A stretch of DNA of 63,793 nucleotides from positions 1 through 63,793 of IMG/VR virus record IMGVR_UViG_3300042860_002533. One strand, 5' to 3'. This document shows, piece after piece, positions 35,601-44,711 of this stretch. Source of the stretch: a virus. Taxonomy: Duplodnaviria; Caudoviricetes. Each line of letters starts with the position of its first letter. Positions within the stretch are counted from its first letter, which is position 1. Made by a program: the position numbers and the translations under genes. A model generated the notes under the pieces. It was given only the letters and a program-made list of their open reading frames with translations. It was not told the DNA's origin and did no database searches.

Positions 35601-38503
35601 GCCGCATTAACCACAAACTCGCCATGCGACAAACGCGCCAAAATGCTATCCGACGTACCCGTACCAGGCCCGGTGATCCGACCGCCCGCCGCATACTTAT
35701 CGAACGTAGCGAACTCACGCGCCACAACAGGATCAATGAACTCAATCGTTGAACCGTTAGCGTCAGCCTGAACGCTGCCGCCCTTCTCCTGAATCAACTT
35801 GTCGATTTCAGGGAACTTCAGCTTAATCTCAGGGGCGGGAGTGTTAACACTGATCTTCACGCCACCAGAGGTAGTCGCAGAAGCCTGAGGGCTACCCAAC
35901 TGATCGAAAACCGTACCCGGCTTGATCGTCGCGTTCCCATTCAAAGCCGCGTTAGCGGACGTAGACCTGTCTGCCTGAGCCTGAGTGTTCCGGCGCTTCT
36001 CAATCAACCCACGGTTAAGGTTACCCGCAATGATAGCGTCCTCACCCAAACCGGGTGTGCTGTAGATGCCCAGCGGACCTTTAATACCCTGAAGCAAGTC
36101 AACAGCATTAAAGCCCTGATTAGCTTCAGTTAGGCGGCGATTCTGTTCCTCGTCGCCCAGCACCGCAGACACCACATTGTCAAAGGTGATGCCGCGCTTA
36201 TCCAACTCGGCTTTAGCCCCGTAATACGGGCTGTCCTGCTTCTTACGCAGAGCCTCAGAAACAACCTCGCGGTTACGGTTCTGAATGGAATCAAACTCGG
36301 CCTGACCCTCCGCACCAGGCTTGAGAGCCTTAACGATCTGATCTTGCCCGATCCCCAAGCCCTGAGCCTTGGTGACAAGATCAAAGATCGGGTCGCCAGC
36401 CATGTTGAAGTTCTGGAAGTTACCAAGTTCCTTCAACTGCTCAATCAAGCCAGACTGCGTGAGCTTGCCCGTAACCGAATCAACTTGGTTGGCTACGTTA
36501 CGCAAAGCGTCGGCATGGGACTGCGCCGACTGCGCCGCCTCATTCTGAACATCAATGTACTTGTACGCCAACAAGGTAATCAGAGAAGTCAGGCCGACAG
36601 TGACAACACCGCCAACACCAACCATCCCCGCCAGCGTGCCCAACGCGCCCGTCATGCCGCCAGACTTGTAGCTAGTCCCAACAGCACCAGTAGCGTTCTT
36701 CAGCGCCGTGACCATATCGCCATTTAGGACACCCGAAATGCCGCTAATGACAGGGCTGATGACCTTCCACGACAAATACGCCTGAAGGACCGCGCTCACC
36801 AAACCAGGATGATCGCCCAAGAAATCCGTAGCCACCGTAAGGAACGGCAACAGCTTCGATGCCCAAGACTCACCAGCAGAACCAATCGCCTGCATCAAAC
36901 CGGGAATCTCAACCAGGAACGGCTTCCACTCAGCCAACTGCCCGCGAGCTTCCCGAAAGAAATTCATCAAACGCTGTTGACCTGCATCGCTTTTCAGGAA
37001 CTCAGACATACGGCCGGTAGATTCCTCAAGAAGCTCCAGCATCCCCTTGCCGCCACCACCAGTAAACGCATCACTGATCGAATTGAGGATCGAACCAACA
37101 TTCAGCAGCGAGTTACCCAGATCGCTGAACGCATCAATCCCACTCTCAATCCAACGATCAAGAGAACCATCACCATCGGCAACCGAAACGAAACGCTCAA
37201 ACCGTTCCATCACATCGCCCAGGCCGCGATACAACCTCGGCAGGTAATCAGACCCAGCAGCCGACAACCGCATCATGCCGTCAATGAAAGGCTGGATCGC
37301 CTGATCTAACTCCCCCTGCGCCTCAGCAGTATTGCCAAGAATCTGAGACAGGAAACCCCGGTTCTCACCGGTCTGTAGCGACTGCATCGCAGTCTTGAGA
37401 TTGCCGTTAATCTCACCAGCAATAGCCGAAAGGCCAGACTGCAAAGCAGGCAACTCCGACTGCGCGAGGCGTGTAACTTCGCCAGCCAAACCGTCAAACA
37501 GCCGATCCTGCACCGTGGTACGCAAAGCCGACCACTGAGAATCCATCCCCGACACAGCCTCAACGAACTGCTGGGCATTCGGAGAAAGCTGACGCAAAGA
37601 ATCAGTCAGCTTTGTGTTCTTCGTCGCCGCATCATCAACAGCCTTCGACAGCCGCTCAGTGGCCTCAACCACCGAATCCGACGCAGCCACACCCTTAGCG
37701 TTAGCCTCGGCAACATCCTGAACAGTCCGCGAAGAACGCAGCCTCGTATCAGTCAGATCGTTCTCGGCGCGGATAACCGCAAGAGCATCCTTCTGCTGCT
37801 GAAGCGCCGACTTCTCAAAAGTCACCGCCGCCTCAGCGCGAGCCTCTTGCAACCGGATGATCGCCTCAGCCTCATCCAAAGGCGCATCCCGCAACTGTGC
37901 GTTCAAGTCCTCAAGTTCACGACTAGCATCCTTGATGGACCGGCCCAAATCCCGGTAAGCATTCCGCACATTCGCCGCAGCATTACGGGCCTTCAAGCCC
38001 TCCTGCGCGGCGTTCTTCTGAGCATCCCCATACTCTTTGAACGCATCCTTGACACCACGAACACCAGTAGTCGCCGCAGCAATCGACGCAGCAACACCAG
38101 AGAACACGCCAGGAAGCAACAGGGCGCTGCGGGTCAACTCGACCATCGAATCGTTCGCAGCAGCCAACGCCTGCGCCAACTGAGGCAGCAAAGAAATACC
38201 CGAAACCTTGACGCTCAGCATCAAGCCGTTCTTGAACTGCCGCGACAAGTTATCGTACTTCTCCCGAATCTCAGTCAGATAACGGGTATCAACCTTGGCG
38301 TTAATCTCAATCTCTTGAGACTCAATCCAGCCCTTTGCCGCAGCGTAGTCAGCAAGCAGCTTCTTCGTATCGCCCTCAATCTTGATGGCGATAGCATCCT
38401 GGGCCTTCTCAATCGCCTTAAGCTGAGCTTCCAGCTTCGCTTGAAAGTCCTTCAGGGACGGCACAATTAGGACTGCCGCCTGCGCGACCACATACTCAGA
38501 CAA
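32699..38503 (-). CDS. Tape measure protein with peptidoglycan-hydrolase motifs
   Basis: 1934 aa after the tail chaperones; transglycosylase ES.GN...GLGQF; HGDHVHIAW peptidase-like motif. Confidence 0.95.
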   Translation of the reverse strand: MSEYVVAQAAVLIVPSLKDFQAKLEAQLKAIEKAQDAIAIKIEGDTKKLLADYAAAKGWIESQEIEINAKVDTRYLTEIREKYDNLSRQFKNGLMLSVKVSGISLLPQLAQALAAANDSMVELTRSALLLPGVFSGVAASIAAATTGVRGVKDAFKEYGDAQKNAAQEGLKARNAAANVRNAYRDLGRSIKDASRELEDLNAQLRDAPLDEAEAIIRLQEARAEAAVTFEKSALQQQKDALAVIRAENDLTDTRLRSSRTVQDVAEANAKGVAASDSVVEATERLSKAVDDAATKNTKLTDSLRQLSPNAQQFVEAVSGMDSQWSALRTTVQDRLFDGLAGEVTRLAQSELPALQSGLSAIAGEINGNLKTAMQSLQTGENRGFLSQILGNTAEAQGELDQAIQPFIDGMMRLSAAGSDYLPRLYRGLGDVMERFERFVSVADGDGSLDRWIESGIDAFSDLGNSLLNVGSILNSISDAFTGGGGKGMLELLEESTGRMSEFLKSDAGQQRLMNFFREARGQLAEWKPFLVEIPGLMQAIGSAGESWASKLLPFLTVATDFLGDHPGLVSAVLQAYLSWKVISPVISGISGVLNGDMVTALKNATGAVGTSYKSGGMTGALGTLAGMVGVGGVVTVGLTSLITLLAYKYIDVQNEAAQSAQSHADALRNVANQVDSVTGKLTQSGLIEQLKELGNFQNFNMAGDPIFDLVTKAQGLGIGQDQIVKALKPGAEGQAEFDSIQNRNREVVSEALRKKQDSPYYGAKAELDKRGITFDNVVSAVLGDEEQNRRLTEANQGFNAVDLLQGIKGPLGIYSTPGLGEDAIIAGNLNRGLIEKRRNTQAQADRSTSANAALNGNATIKPGTVFDQLGSPQASATTSGGVKISVNTPAPEIKLKFPEIDKLIQEKGGSVQADANGSTIEFIDPVVAREFATFDKYAAGGRITGPGTGTSDSILARLSHGEFVVNAASTRQNLPLLEKLNSGALDYPNFSTGGLNWLFPQSPPVPSPSPNPGGTTKAVGGLGSSASLGALYGVGAPAPAATPAPAATPAPAATPAPAAAPAPMPAAPKPMPAAPKPTPASSPVSSPAVSSPPSPVKAPAPVKPTGAPLPAEAGFTGPKPPTNSGLLNAAPIAYQQVPGVTAEVNFGAKNAARYGLSVTSGYRPEAGSYHSTGQAGDYSNQVQWGPPTPEMNSFATDMVRNYAPYISELIYSGIPYNVIDGKIVPAIGQPGSPYTLAQAGYHGDHVHIAWKPGALEKLQKQQAGGGNSIGGIPIPDAVSRWLNSLAPGLVGTSPSNMPLGLTPAGVGLPQYTFGSGLDVGGAAVQQPITGEQLLQNYIKIVSSSWSNIIENLVKNAGQIALQFVGSFFGLDFSQIVNAANAVMGDVGGGIADLFDPGQADAEQFDPLASLPADPTVGEVIQSAQFGQLPAAAQADYYKRYQEASASGSQFNALEALRDVAIQAQQMIQGQGAGSGYDPTQGPAAAYDPSKGAEQWRPVVQAVLNNVAQKYGITNLKAWEDDIIGQINLESRGNPNVDNLNDSDGKGGTQQVFGLGQFLPETFAKHNVTGGDLRDPVAQIYAMVDYLASPKYGVIPGGGVNWKGVGWRNNKGYAQGGSISGPGTGTSDSILARVSNGEFIVKASEVGKNLGLLQAINSGTLPKFASGGVVPPVVPVPLPAPVKAAPPPPPPAPAAAPMQAPPDAPTGAVPADQAPLQATTPEAGDPVDPAASDPLKQAADIAGQLGAAVGGASGGLEGAAAPEGGDPTTDPRAVLGAAPKNLNHNLSAVDGAIQGTAAAIGGAISTAISIAGAAAGAGAAAGGAPGAGAAIGPAASGAGSLVSGTAAAIGGAVSGAVNVLSSLMVGTLSSGSPNSTAGAYGAPMLPNGKNPEGFGGGQSGVVNNWGGVTTSNPDEFYRIQQRKELQNASPLLARR
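35319..35396 (-). repeat. 18-bp tandem repeat encoding (PAATPA)n in the tape measure
   Basis: About 4 copies of GCAGGAGTCGCAGCAGG(C/A). Confidence 0.85.
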
Positions 38504-38517
38504 AGCAACCCACCTTA

Positions 38518-39341
38518 TTAAATTGTGTCCTTCAAGGCGCGACGAGCAGCATTAGCTTTACGGGCCTTCTCAATGGCGTTCTCTTGAGTGTCGATAATCC
38601 GCCGCTTACGTTCCTTCGCAGCAGGATTCGATGGACGCGGATAGAACTTCACGTCAGCACTGGTAGCGCGAGAAGCAATCAACTGGTCAGCAATATCAGT
38701 CAGCCGGTGCATCTCATCATCGAACCTCCACCACGGCGGCGGCTTCGGAGTGTCGTCCGTTTTGATCTTGCACAACGCATCAATCACGTCAGGATCGTTG
38801 ATTTGAACAGCCTGCGTGTAAGAGCCAGTAATCTGCGAAACGGACTGGTACAGGCGAAGGAACTGGCCCCAATCACGCAACTGCCAAACACGGTGGCGGC
38901 ACTGCCGACAATCACAGGGAGACAGAAAGAACTCCAAGCCGTTAACGCTTAGATACTCAGCCAAATCCCACTCGACGGCAACCCACCACTTGTCAACGAT
39001 CCCCGCGACATGCCTTATTTTCCCGAATCTTTGTCACCAAAGAAGTGCTTGTTATACCGCTCCATGAACTTGTTCCAAACCTCAATCGGAGCGGAACCAA
39101 ACAGTTCCTCAGCGACCTCATAATCCTCACCGAACACGGCGCGAATCTGGCCGTCCACGCTCACCGCAGACAGCAGTTGGTTCACCCGGCGGGCGGGAGG
39201 GTAAGCCACTTCAAGCTTCCCTGGCACCACAACAAGAGGCTCAGGCACCCGCACAGATGCCACCAGTTCCGCGAACAGGCTCTCACCGTTCTCGTCCACA
39301 ACCTCACCGTCAACAACCTGAACTTTACGATTATTAGCCAT
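38518..39341 (-). CDS. Tail assembly chaperone, long form by -1 frameshift
   Basis: The -1 frame is open from the slippery site into ORF 38518..38964 (...IVDKWWVAVEWDLAEYL). Confidence 0.9.
39015..39341 (-). CDS. Tail assembly chaperone, short form
   Basis: Between major tail and tape measure; ends ...SGK*. Confidence 0.9.
   Translation of the reverse strand: MANNRKVQVVDGEVVDENGESLFAELVASVRVPEPLVVVPGKLEVAYPPARRVNQLLSAVSVDGQIRAVFGEDYEVAEELFGSAPIEVWNKFMERYNKHFFGDKDSGK
39018..39024 (-). other. Programmed -1 frameshift heptamer G GGA AAA
   Basis: Canonical slippery sequence immediately before the TAA stop. Confidence 0.92.
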
Positions 39342-39389
39342 AACTTTTTATCCCCAAATATTCTGTAAAGCAACAAAAGAGAAAGTTGA

Positions 39390-39426
39390 GGCGGGGAGAC
39401 GCTCACCTCCGAAACGTCTCCCCGCC
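39390..39426 (-). terminator. Intrinsic terminator after major tail gene
   Basis: 12-bp perfect stem GGCGGGGAGACG/CGTCTCCCCGCC followed by a T-rich tract. Confidence 0.75.
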
Positions 39427-39450
39427 AACTCAACCAACAGAAACAGCTAC

Positions 39451-40233
39451 CTAGCTGATCGTGGGATCAGCGGCGGTAGCGGAAAACGTCGAAGCCTTTC
39501 GGCCTGACGGGGTAGCTTCAGCCTCAGGAGTGACCTCAGGAGTTACTACAGGAGGGGTTACCTCACCCTTGCCGCCGCCAGAGCGAACCTTGCCGAAACC
39601 GGCAGCGTCAGCAAGGGCCTTCCAGCCCGGTCCACAGAAGCCCTGAGCAACGCTGTAACCCAGATCGTCGTCCTTGAACGCGGTCAGAGTCGGCTTGTAC
39701 TCAAGCACGTTGTCGTCGTTGAGGGTCTGGTTGTCAACCTTGTCCAGCTTCACCTTCGGCATCAGCCAGTAGATGAAAACCTCGCCGTCGTCGGTGTCGT
39801 CATGCCCAACCAGGATCGCACGGTAGTAGCGGTTCTTCGGGGTCGACGGGGCCGGAAGAACAACGCCGCCATTAGCGGACGGGGTAACGTCAGAGAAGTC
39901 AGCCGAATGAATAACCTCAAGAACAAGCTTCTTGTTCTCAAACATCACGAAGTCGAACATCGTTTTCTTGCGAGAAATGATGTTGCGAATCGGGTCCATT
40001 TCGCCATACGCCTCAATGTCCTGCGAGGACATATCGGTCGACAGGGTAAGACCGGCCTTTTTCTGGAAGTGACCGACCGACTCATACTCGGCGGGAACAT
40101 CCAGGCTGCCGTCCGCACCCTCAAGGGTTTCAGCGGGATCGGCGCTGTACGGCGCAAGCAGCACCGTCAGGTTAAGCGGAGCGAGGGCCAGGTCAGCCCG
40201 CGCATCCTTCAGAGTGAGAAAATCAGTAGCCAA
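39451..40233 (-). CDS. Major tail protein
   Basis: VGHFQKKAG, IEAYG..DP.R, YYRAI, GYS..QGFCGPGW; position. Confidence 0.92.
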   Translation of the reverse strand: MATDFLTLKDARADLALAPLNLTVLLAPYSADPAETLEGADGSLDVPAEYESVGHFQKKAGLTLSTDMSSQDIEAYGEMDPIRNIISRKKTMFDFVMFENKKLVLEVIHSADFSDVTPSANGGVVLPAPSTPKNRYYRAILVGHDDTDDGEVFIYWLMPKVKLDKVDNQTLNDDNVLEYKPTLTAFKDDDLGYSVAQGFCGPGWKALADAAGFGKVRSGGGKGEVTPPVVTPEVTPEAEATPSGRKASTFSATAADPTIS

Positions 40234-40248
40234 TTTGAAAAATCCTTA

Positions 40249-40746
40249 CTAAAACTTGGGCCTTAAAGCAAGCCCTGAAATGATTTGGTCGTACCGTTTG
40301 CGGCTCCGCAAACCAACCCTTAGGTAGAACACCGCAGTAACAACGCGGGTGTCGATCTGCTGCTCAGGAGTCAGCAACTCCGGCCCAGACACATCATCGG
40401 TACACCACACCGTCGCGGTGTGGCCGTCCTCCATTGCGATACGGAAACCCTGCATCGGGAGAATGACCGAACGAGCAAAATCCAGCAGCCGCCAGGAGTC
40501 GTCCCGCGAGGGAGTGACCGCAACGACCTGCACATGACACACATCGGAATTGCGGTCGTAGTCAACCCTCACGCCGGGAAGCCGGAAGAACAACAACTGA
40601 GGCTCAGGAGTCGGATCATCCAGCCAATCGTCAGCCGTCCAACACCCGCACTCGACACCCGGCAGCAACTTAGAGAACAAATCAATCATCATCGACTCAA
40701 CATCGACAAAGTTGTCCTCGTACCAATCCGGTAACTCAAGGCTCAT
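40249..40746 (-). CDS. Tail terminator
   Basis: LPDWY...DVE, FRLPG, SRDDSW motifs; position. Confidence 0.8.
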   Translation of the reverse strand: MSLELPDWYEDNFVDVESMMIDLFSKLLPGVECGCWTADDWLDDPTPEPQLLFFRLPGVRVDYDRNSDVCHVQVVAVTPSRDDSWRLLDFARSVILPMQGFRIAMEDGHTATVWCTDDVSGPELLTPEQQIDTRVVTAVFYLRVGLRSRKRYDQIISGLALRPKF

Positions 40747-41159
40747 GGGTTGGGACTCCCCCGCCATTGCTGCGCCGCACGACGCAACTCGTAGTAGCCG
40801 GGACGCGGACCACGCGCACCATCAGGATTGCGCCGACGCGCCCGCTTGCTGTTGAGCGTCCCCTGTTCGTGATAGACACCGTAGTAGAAGGGCTTGCCCT
40901 TCCACTCAGCCTGAACAGAAGAATCGTTGATCGAAGCGACCCCGATAATCCGGTCGTTGCTCTGACCGCCCATGCGGACCTTCGCCTCAGCGGAAGCCGC
41001 CAGCCGCCCGGTTTTCTTACCGACCCGCGCCTGATACAGACGCACAACCTCCTGTGCCTTGCCATACACCATGATCCCCAAAGACGGGGATTTCAAAATG
41101 CGGGAATACGCAGGGGCGTTACGGTAAATCTCAACATCGGTCAAGAAACTATCAGCCAT
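40743..41159 (-). CDS. Head-tail connector / tail completion protein
   Basis: KTGRLAAS, Y..YHE.G motifs (HK97 gp10-like). Confidence 0.75.
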   Translation of the reverse strand: MADSFLTDVEIYRNAPAYSRILKSPSLGIMVYGKAQEVVRLYQARVGKKTGRLAASAEAKVRMGGQSNDRIIGVASINDSSVQAEWKGKPFYYGVYHEQGTLNSKRARRRNPDGARGPRPGYYELRRAAQQWRGSPNP

Positions 41160-41484
41160 TCATCGACTCCAACTTGAACACAACCCAAACCTGACCAAAC
41201 ACAGGAACCTCATGGGGCTGCTCCCAAACAGGATGCCCAACAACCGAATAGCGTTCACCGTTCCCGCGCTCAATCCGGTCCCTCGCCTTCAGATCGGCAC
41301 CTTTCGCCACAAACACATGCGGAGTACCGTTCGCGGACTCGGCGCGATCAAACTCGCCCATCGACCGGGACAAACCACTGCCCCAATCGAAAGCAACCTC
41401 AACCTCACCCACAACATCCTTCGACACATTTCCTTTACGGTCAGTGCCGCCACGGTAAACAGTGACCGACTCAAGGGCGATCAT
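41152..41484 (-). CDS. Head-to-tail stopper
   Basis: Position; DRI...G..Y.VVG.P. Confidence 0.75.
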   Translation of the reverse strand: MIALESVTVYRGGTDRKGNVSKDVVGEVEVAFDWGSGLSRSMGEFDRAESANGTPHVFVAKGADLKARDRIERGNGERYSVVGHPVWEQPHEVPVFGQVWVVFKLESMNG

Positions 41485-41950
41485 TGGGAATCCACGACTG
41501 CTCGTAGCCAGGATCATTCGGCCAAATAACCGGCATCGGTTGACCTTCCACATACAGATGCCCGATCCGGCCCCAGTTAGCCTTCTCGCCGCGAGAAAAC
41601 CCGACAGTGAAAAGACCGTTGTTCGACTTCGGGCGGTGCCGCTTCAGAATCGACAACTCGGCCAGCGTGAAGAAATCCTTCGGCGGCTTCTCATACGACT
41701 TGGAGAACGGCCCCATCGACTCCTGGGTAACCCCATCAGGATTAACCAGAACACGCCGCGCCGCCGCCAGCACAACATACATAACATCGGACGGCACTCC
41801 GACCGGAGCGTCAGGCCAAGGCTGGCCCGAAACACTTCTTGCCCAGGCGGATACCGCATCAAGAATGATATCCGCCTGGTCAAGATCGGAACCGGAGAAC
41901 GTCCGCTTCATCAACCTCTCAAGGTCAGATACGGACGCTAACGGATTCAT
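41471..41950 (-). CDS. Head-to-tail adaptor
   Basis: LASVSDL, NPDG...ESMGPFS.SY, T.AE. Confidence 0.85.
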   Translation of the reverse strand: MNPLASVSDLERLMKRTFSGSDLDQADIILDAVSAWARSVSGQPWPDAPVGVPSDVMYVVLAAARRVLVNPDGVTQESMGPFSKSYEKPPKDFFTLAELSILKRHRPKSNNGLFTVGFSRGEKANWGRIGHLYVEGQPMPVIWPNDPGYEQSWIPNDRP

Positions 41951-41955
41951 AGGGT

Positions 41956-42888
41956 TTAGTTTTCAGCCTTCGGAGTGGCGGGAGCCTTCTTCGGCGCAGC
42001 ACCAGCAAGCTTCATCTTCACACCGCGAACGAAAGAGCCGTCCTTCTCAGTGATGACCTTGTAGCCGGTGAACAAGTCAACCAGCGAACGCAGACCGATT
42101 TCGCTGTACGACCAGTCGGCCAGCCAGCGCAGAGCCACATTGTCGGCACCATAGGAAGCCGAAGCAACAATGCCCTCAGAAATCTTTGGCGCACGGTTGA
42201 CGTACACGAAAGCAGTCGGATGCCACTCGTAAGCAACATCAGGGTCAATCGCGTTGGAACGGAAAGCCGACATACCGGCAATCTGGCCCAGGTAAGCACG
42301 CCGCAGAGCGTTGTTGTCACCCGAACGCTCCGCATAACGGAACTGCGGGTCTTTCAGGATCGCGGCCTCGACCGCGCTGCCCACAACCAGCACACGGTTC
42401 TGATCCGGCACATTCGCGTCATTCAGCTTCTTACGGCCGTCAACGAAAGCCGGGAACGTGTCAGCCGGGTCAATCTCAATAACCTCGTCATACGTTGCCG
42501 AATCAATCAGTTCAGCGATCAAATCCTCAAGCTTGTAGGCAACAGCCGAAACCTGGGGGAAAAGAACCTGACGGGCGAAATCACGAATGTCGAGAGTCCG
42601 CTGCTCATCAGTGAGCTTGATCGCGGAGTACACATGCTCAGTGAGTTGCACCGGGATGTTGTGCTCGACCAGATCGTCCGTAGTCAGGCTGCGATCAGTG
42701 TCGCGCAGAGTACGAGTGTGCGCCCCGGCAATCGCAGGAACGCGGATGTTGATGGTGTCGTTGGCGGAGCCTCCGAAATCACCAAGACCATCGGTGGTCA
42801 CAAGTGCCTGAAGCACCCGTTGACGCTGAAGAATCTCGACCGCAGTCTCAACAACGAGACTCGGCTTAACAAAAACATGTCCAGCCAA
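41956..42888 (-). CDS. Major capsid protein
   Basis: 310 aa after scaffold; DTINIRVP, LNDANVP...R.LVVG (P22-coat-like HK97 fold). Confidence 0.93.
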   Translation of the reverse strand: MAGHVFVKPSLVVETAVEILQRQRVLQALVTTDGLGDFGGSANDTINIRVPAIAGAHTRTLRDTDRSLTTDDLVEHNIPVQLTEHVYSAIKLTDEQRTLDIRDFARQVLFPQVSAVAYKLEDLIAELIDSATYDEVIEIDPADTFPAFVDGRKKLNDANVPDQNRVLVVGSAVEAAILKDPQFRYAERSGDNNALRRAYLGQIAGMSAFRSNAIDPDVAYEWHPTAFVYVNRAPKISEGIVASASYGADNVALRWLADWSYSEIGLRSLVDLFTGYKVITEKDGSFVRGVKMKLAGAAPKKAPATPKAEN

Positions 42889-42950
42889 TTTAGCTAACCT
42901 TTACAAAGGGTCCACACATATCCATATGTGCAGACGATTCAGTTTTCAAA

Positions 42951-43604
42951 TTAAAAGTTGAGGAATCCACCCATTTTGTCAACGATGCTTTTCGCGTTCT
43001 CCTCAAGCTCAGGCTCCGCATTGGTGGCCTGAACACTCACCTTCGGAGCCTGCGTAAGCGGCGCACCCTGGCGTTCGCTGCGAGGCAAACCCTCAAGCAT
43101 ATCGTTAATGTCGGAGATAATCTCGTCGTCGGTGTCTCCCTGCACCCGGCCCCAAAACTTTTCCGGCAAACCCATCTCGCGTGCCAAAGACTCCACAACG
43201 CGGGTCCGTTCAAGTTTCTGATACCGGTCATTCGCCTCAGCCAAGCTTTGCTCAAGCTCAGTCAGACGCTTGTCCTTCTTCTCATCCACAGAGAGCTTCG
43301 CGTCCTCAAACCCCTTGAGCCGTGACGCAAGTTCATCAACCTGCTTCTGATACTTCTTCTCCGCGCTCCGCTGTGCGCGTTCCAGACGGCCCTTCAACAC
43401 ATTCTCAAGAGCCTCTTGCGATTCAATTGGGCGGAACTCCGATGCCTCAACTTCGGTAACTTCATTCTCGACCGCTCCGGAGTCGGCCGGACTGTCAGTT
43501 ACCGGAGCCTCAACCGCGACACCCAAGGACTCAGAAGCTTTACCGCTTCCCCCGCCCACAGCCGCCAGAGCCTCGTCAACTACTGCCGAATCATTGATAT
43601 CCAC
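42951..43604 (-). CDS. Scaffolding protein
   Basis: Acidic coiled coil; SQE.L......RL.R, RVQGDT.DEI. Confidence 0.85.
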   Translation of the reverse strand: MDINDSAVVDEALAAVGGGSGKASESLGVAVEAPVTDSPADSGAVENEVTEVEASEFRPIESQEALENVLKGRLERAQRSAEKKYQKQVDELASRLKGFEDAKLSVDEKKDKRLTELEQSLAEANDRYQKLERTRVVESLAREMGLPEKFWGRVQGDTDDEIISDINDMLEGLPRSERQGAPLTQAPKVSVQATNAEPELEENAKSIVDKMGGFLNF

Positions 43605-43690
43605 AACAACTTCCCTCAACCAGCCAATTCAACGGCGCAGGCTGTCACGCGCCTTCCAGGGACAACCCCTGTAACTTCACTTCAGGAAAA

Positions 43691-44698
43691 TTAAGCCAAC
43701 TGCTTCAACTGCCGGTTAAACCACGCCACCTGAGGGGCCTGCTCACCCAGCCGGTCAGCCACCAAATCCCTGTTACGGCGAACCGCCGCCAAATCAACCG
43801 GAGGTTCCTCCGGATACGGCTCAGGACGTACATACCTGCGCCGAAACTCTTTCAGCCCGCCAGGAGAATCACTCCACTGCTTCAGGAAGAACCTGGCACG
43901 CTCGTCATACTTGTCGTCCCGGCTATACACCGGCCGCAACTGGCACTTGCAATGATCGTGAACCTTCGCAGGCCCATCGCCCACAAACTTTCGGTTCGAC
44001 GCATTGAAAGCGCCCTTAGCCAAATACACCGCGCCCTGCGAAGCCAACACCGCGCAGAAATAACACGGCCCCGTAGCCGAATCCTCAGTGAAACGGGCGT
44101 AGCCAACCGGCTTACGCTCCCGAATCCGCTCAGCCGCATCCGCAGCCACAAGCTGCTCGACCTCACCCCGGCCACCATTCAACGCAAACTTCACGCCAGC
44201 CCCGGTGGAGTTCAACTTCCCCCACCCCATCAACTCGTCTACAAGCGAACCTAAATCGCCCTCCGGTATAGACTGCCCAGAGCGACCCGAAAGTGCGCCA
44301 GAATCGCCGCCAGGGGCCGCAAAAGTGGTACTGGTGGCCTTCTTCACCGCAGCAGGGCCGGTAGCACGCATCGCCAACTGGAAATCCCGCACCGGGAACT
44401 CCGTATCAATCTTCACCAACGGATCAGACAAAGGCTCAGCAGCCCACTTCGCGCCCTGAACGTACTCAAAAGCAACCTGCTCAGAAACCCGAAACTGCTG
44501 CTCCGCTTGCAAAGTCGACGCATGAAGCCACGCAGGAGTTGTCTCATCAAGCTCACCGAACCGCAAAATCGGCCACAACAGCGACAAACCCGCCGCCGTC
44601 GTCGCAGCAATCTCCTGCTGCTCACCCACATGCTTCACAGCAAGATAAAAAGCCAAATCCTCAAGGGCAACAGGCTCATCCGCCAAAGGCTGAGACAC
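43691..44698 (-). CDS. Capsid maturation / MuF-like minor head protein
   Basis: GYAR...CYFCAVLASQG.VY...HDHCKC...P. Confidence 0.8.
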   Translation of the reverse strand: MSQPLADEPVALEDLAFYLAVKHVGEQQEIAATTAAGLSLLWPILRFGELDETTPAWLHASTLQAEQQFRVSEQVAFEYVQGAKWAAEPLSDPLVKIDTEFPVRDFQLAMRATGPAAVKKATSTTFAAPGGDSGALSGRSGQSIPEGDLGSLVDELMGWGKLNSTGAGVKFALNGGRGEVEQLVAADAAERIRERKPVGYARFTEDSATGPCYFCAVLASQGAVYLAKGAFNASNRKFVGDGPAKVHDHCKCQLRPVYSRDDKYDERARFFLKQWSDSPGGLKEFRRRYVRPEPYPEEPPVDLAAVRRNRDLVADRLGEQAPQVAWFNRQLKQLA

Positions 44699-44711
44699 CG
44701 AAACCCCCTAC

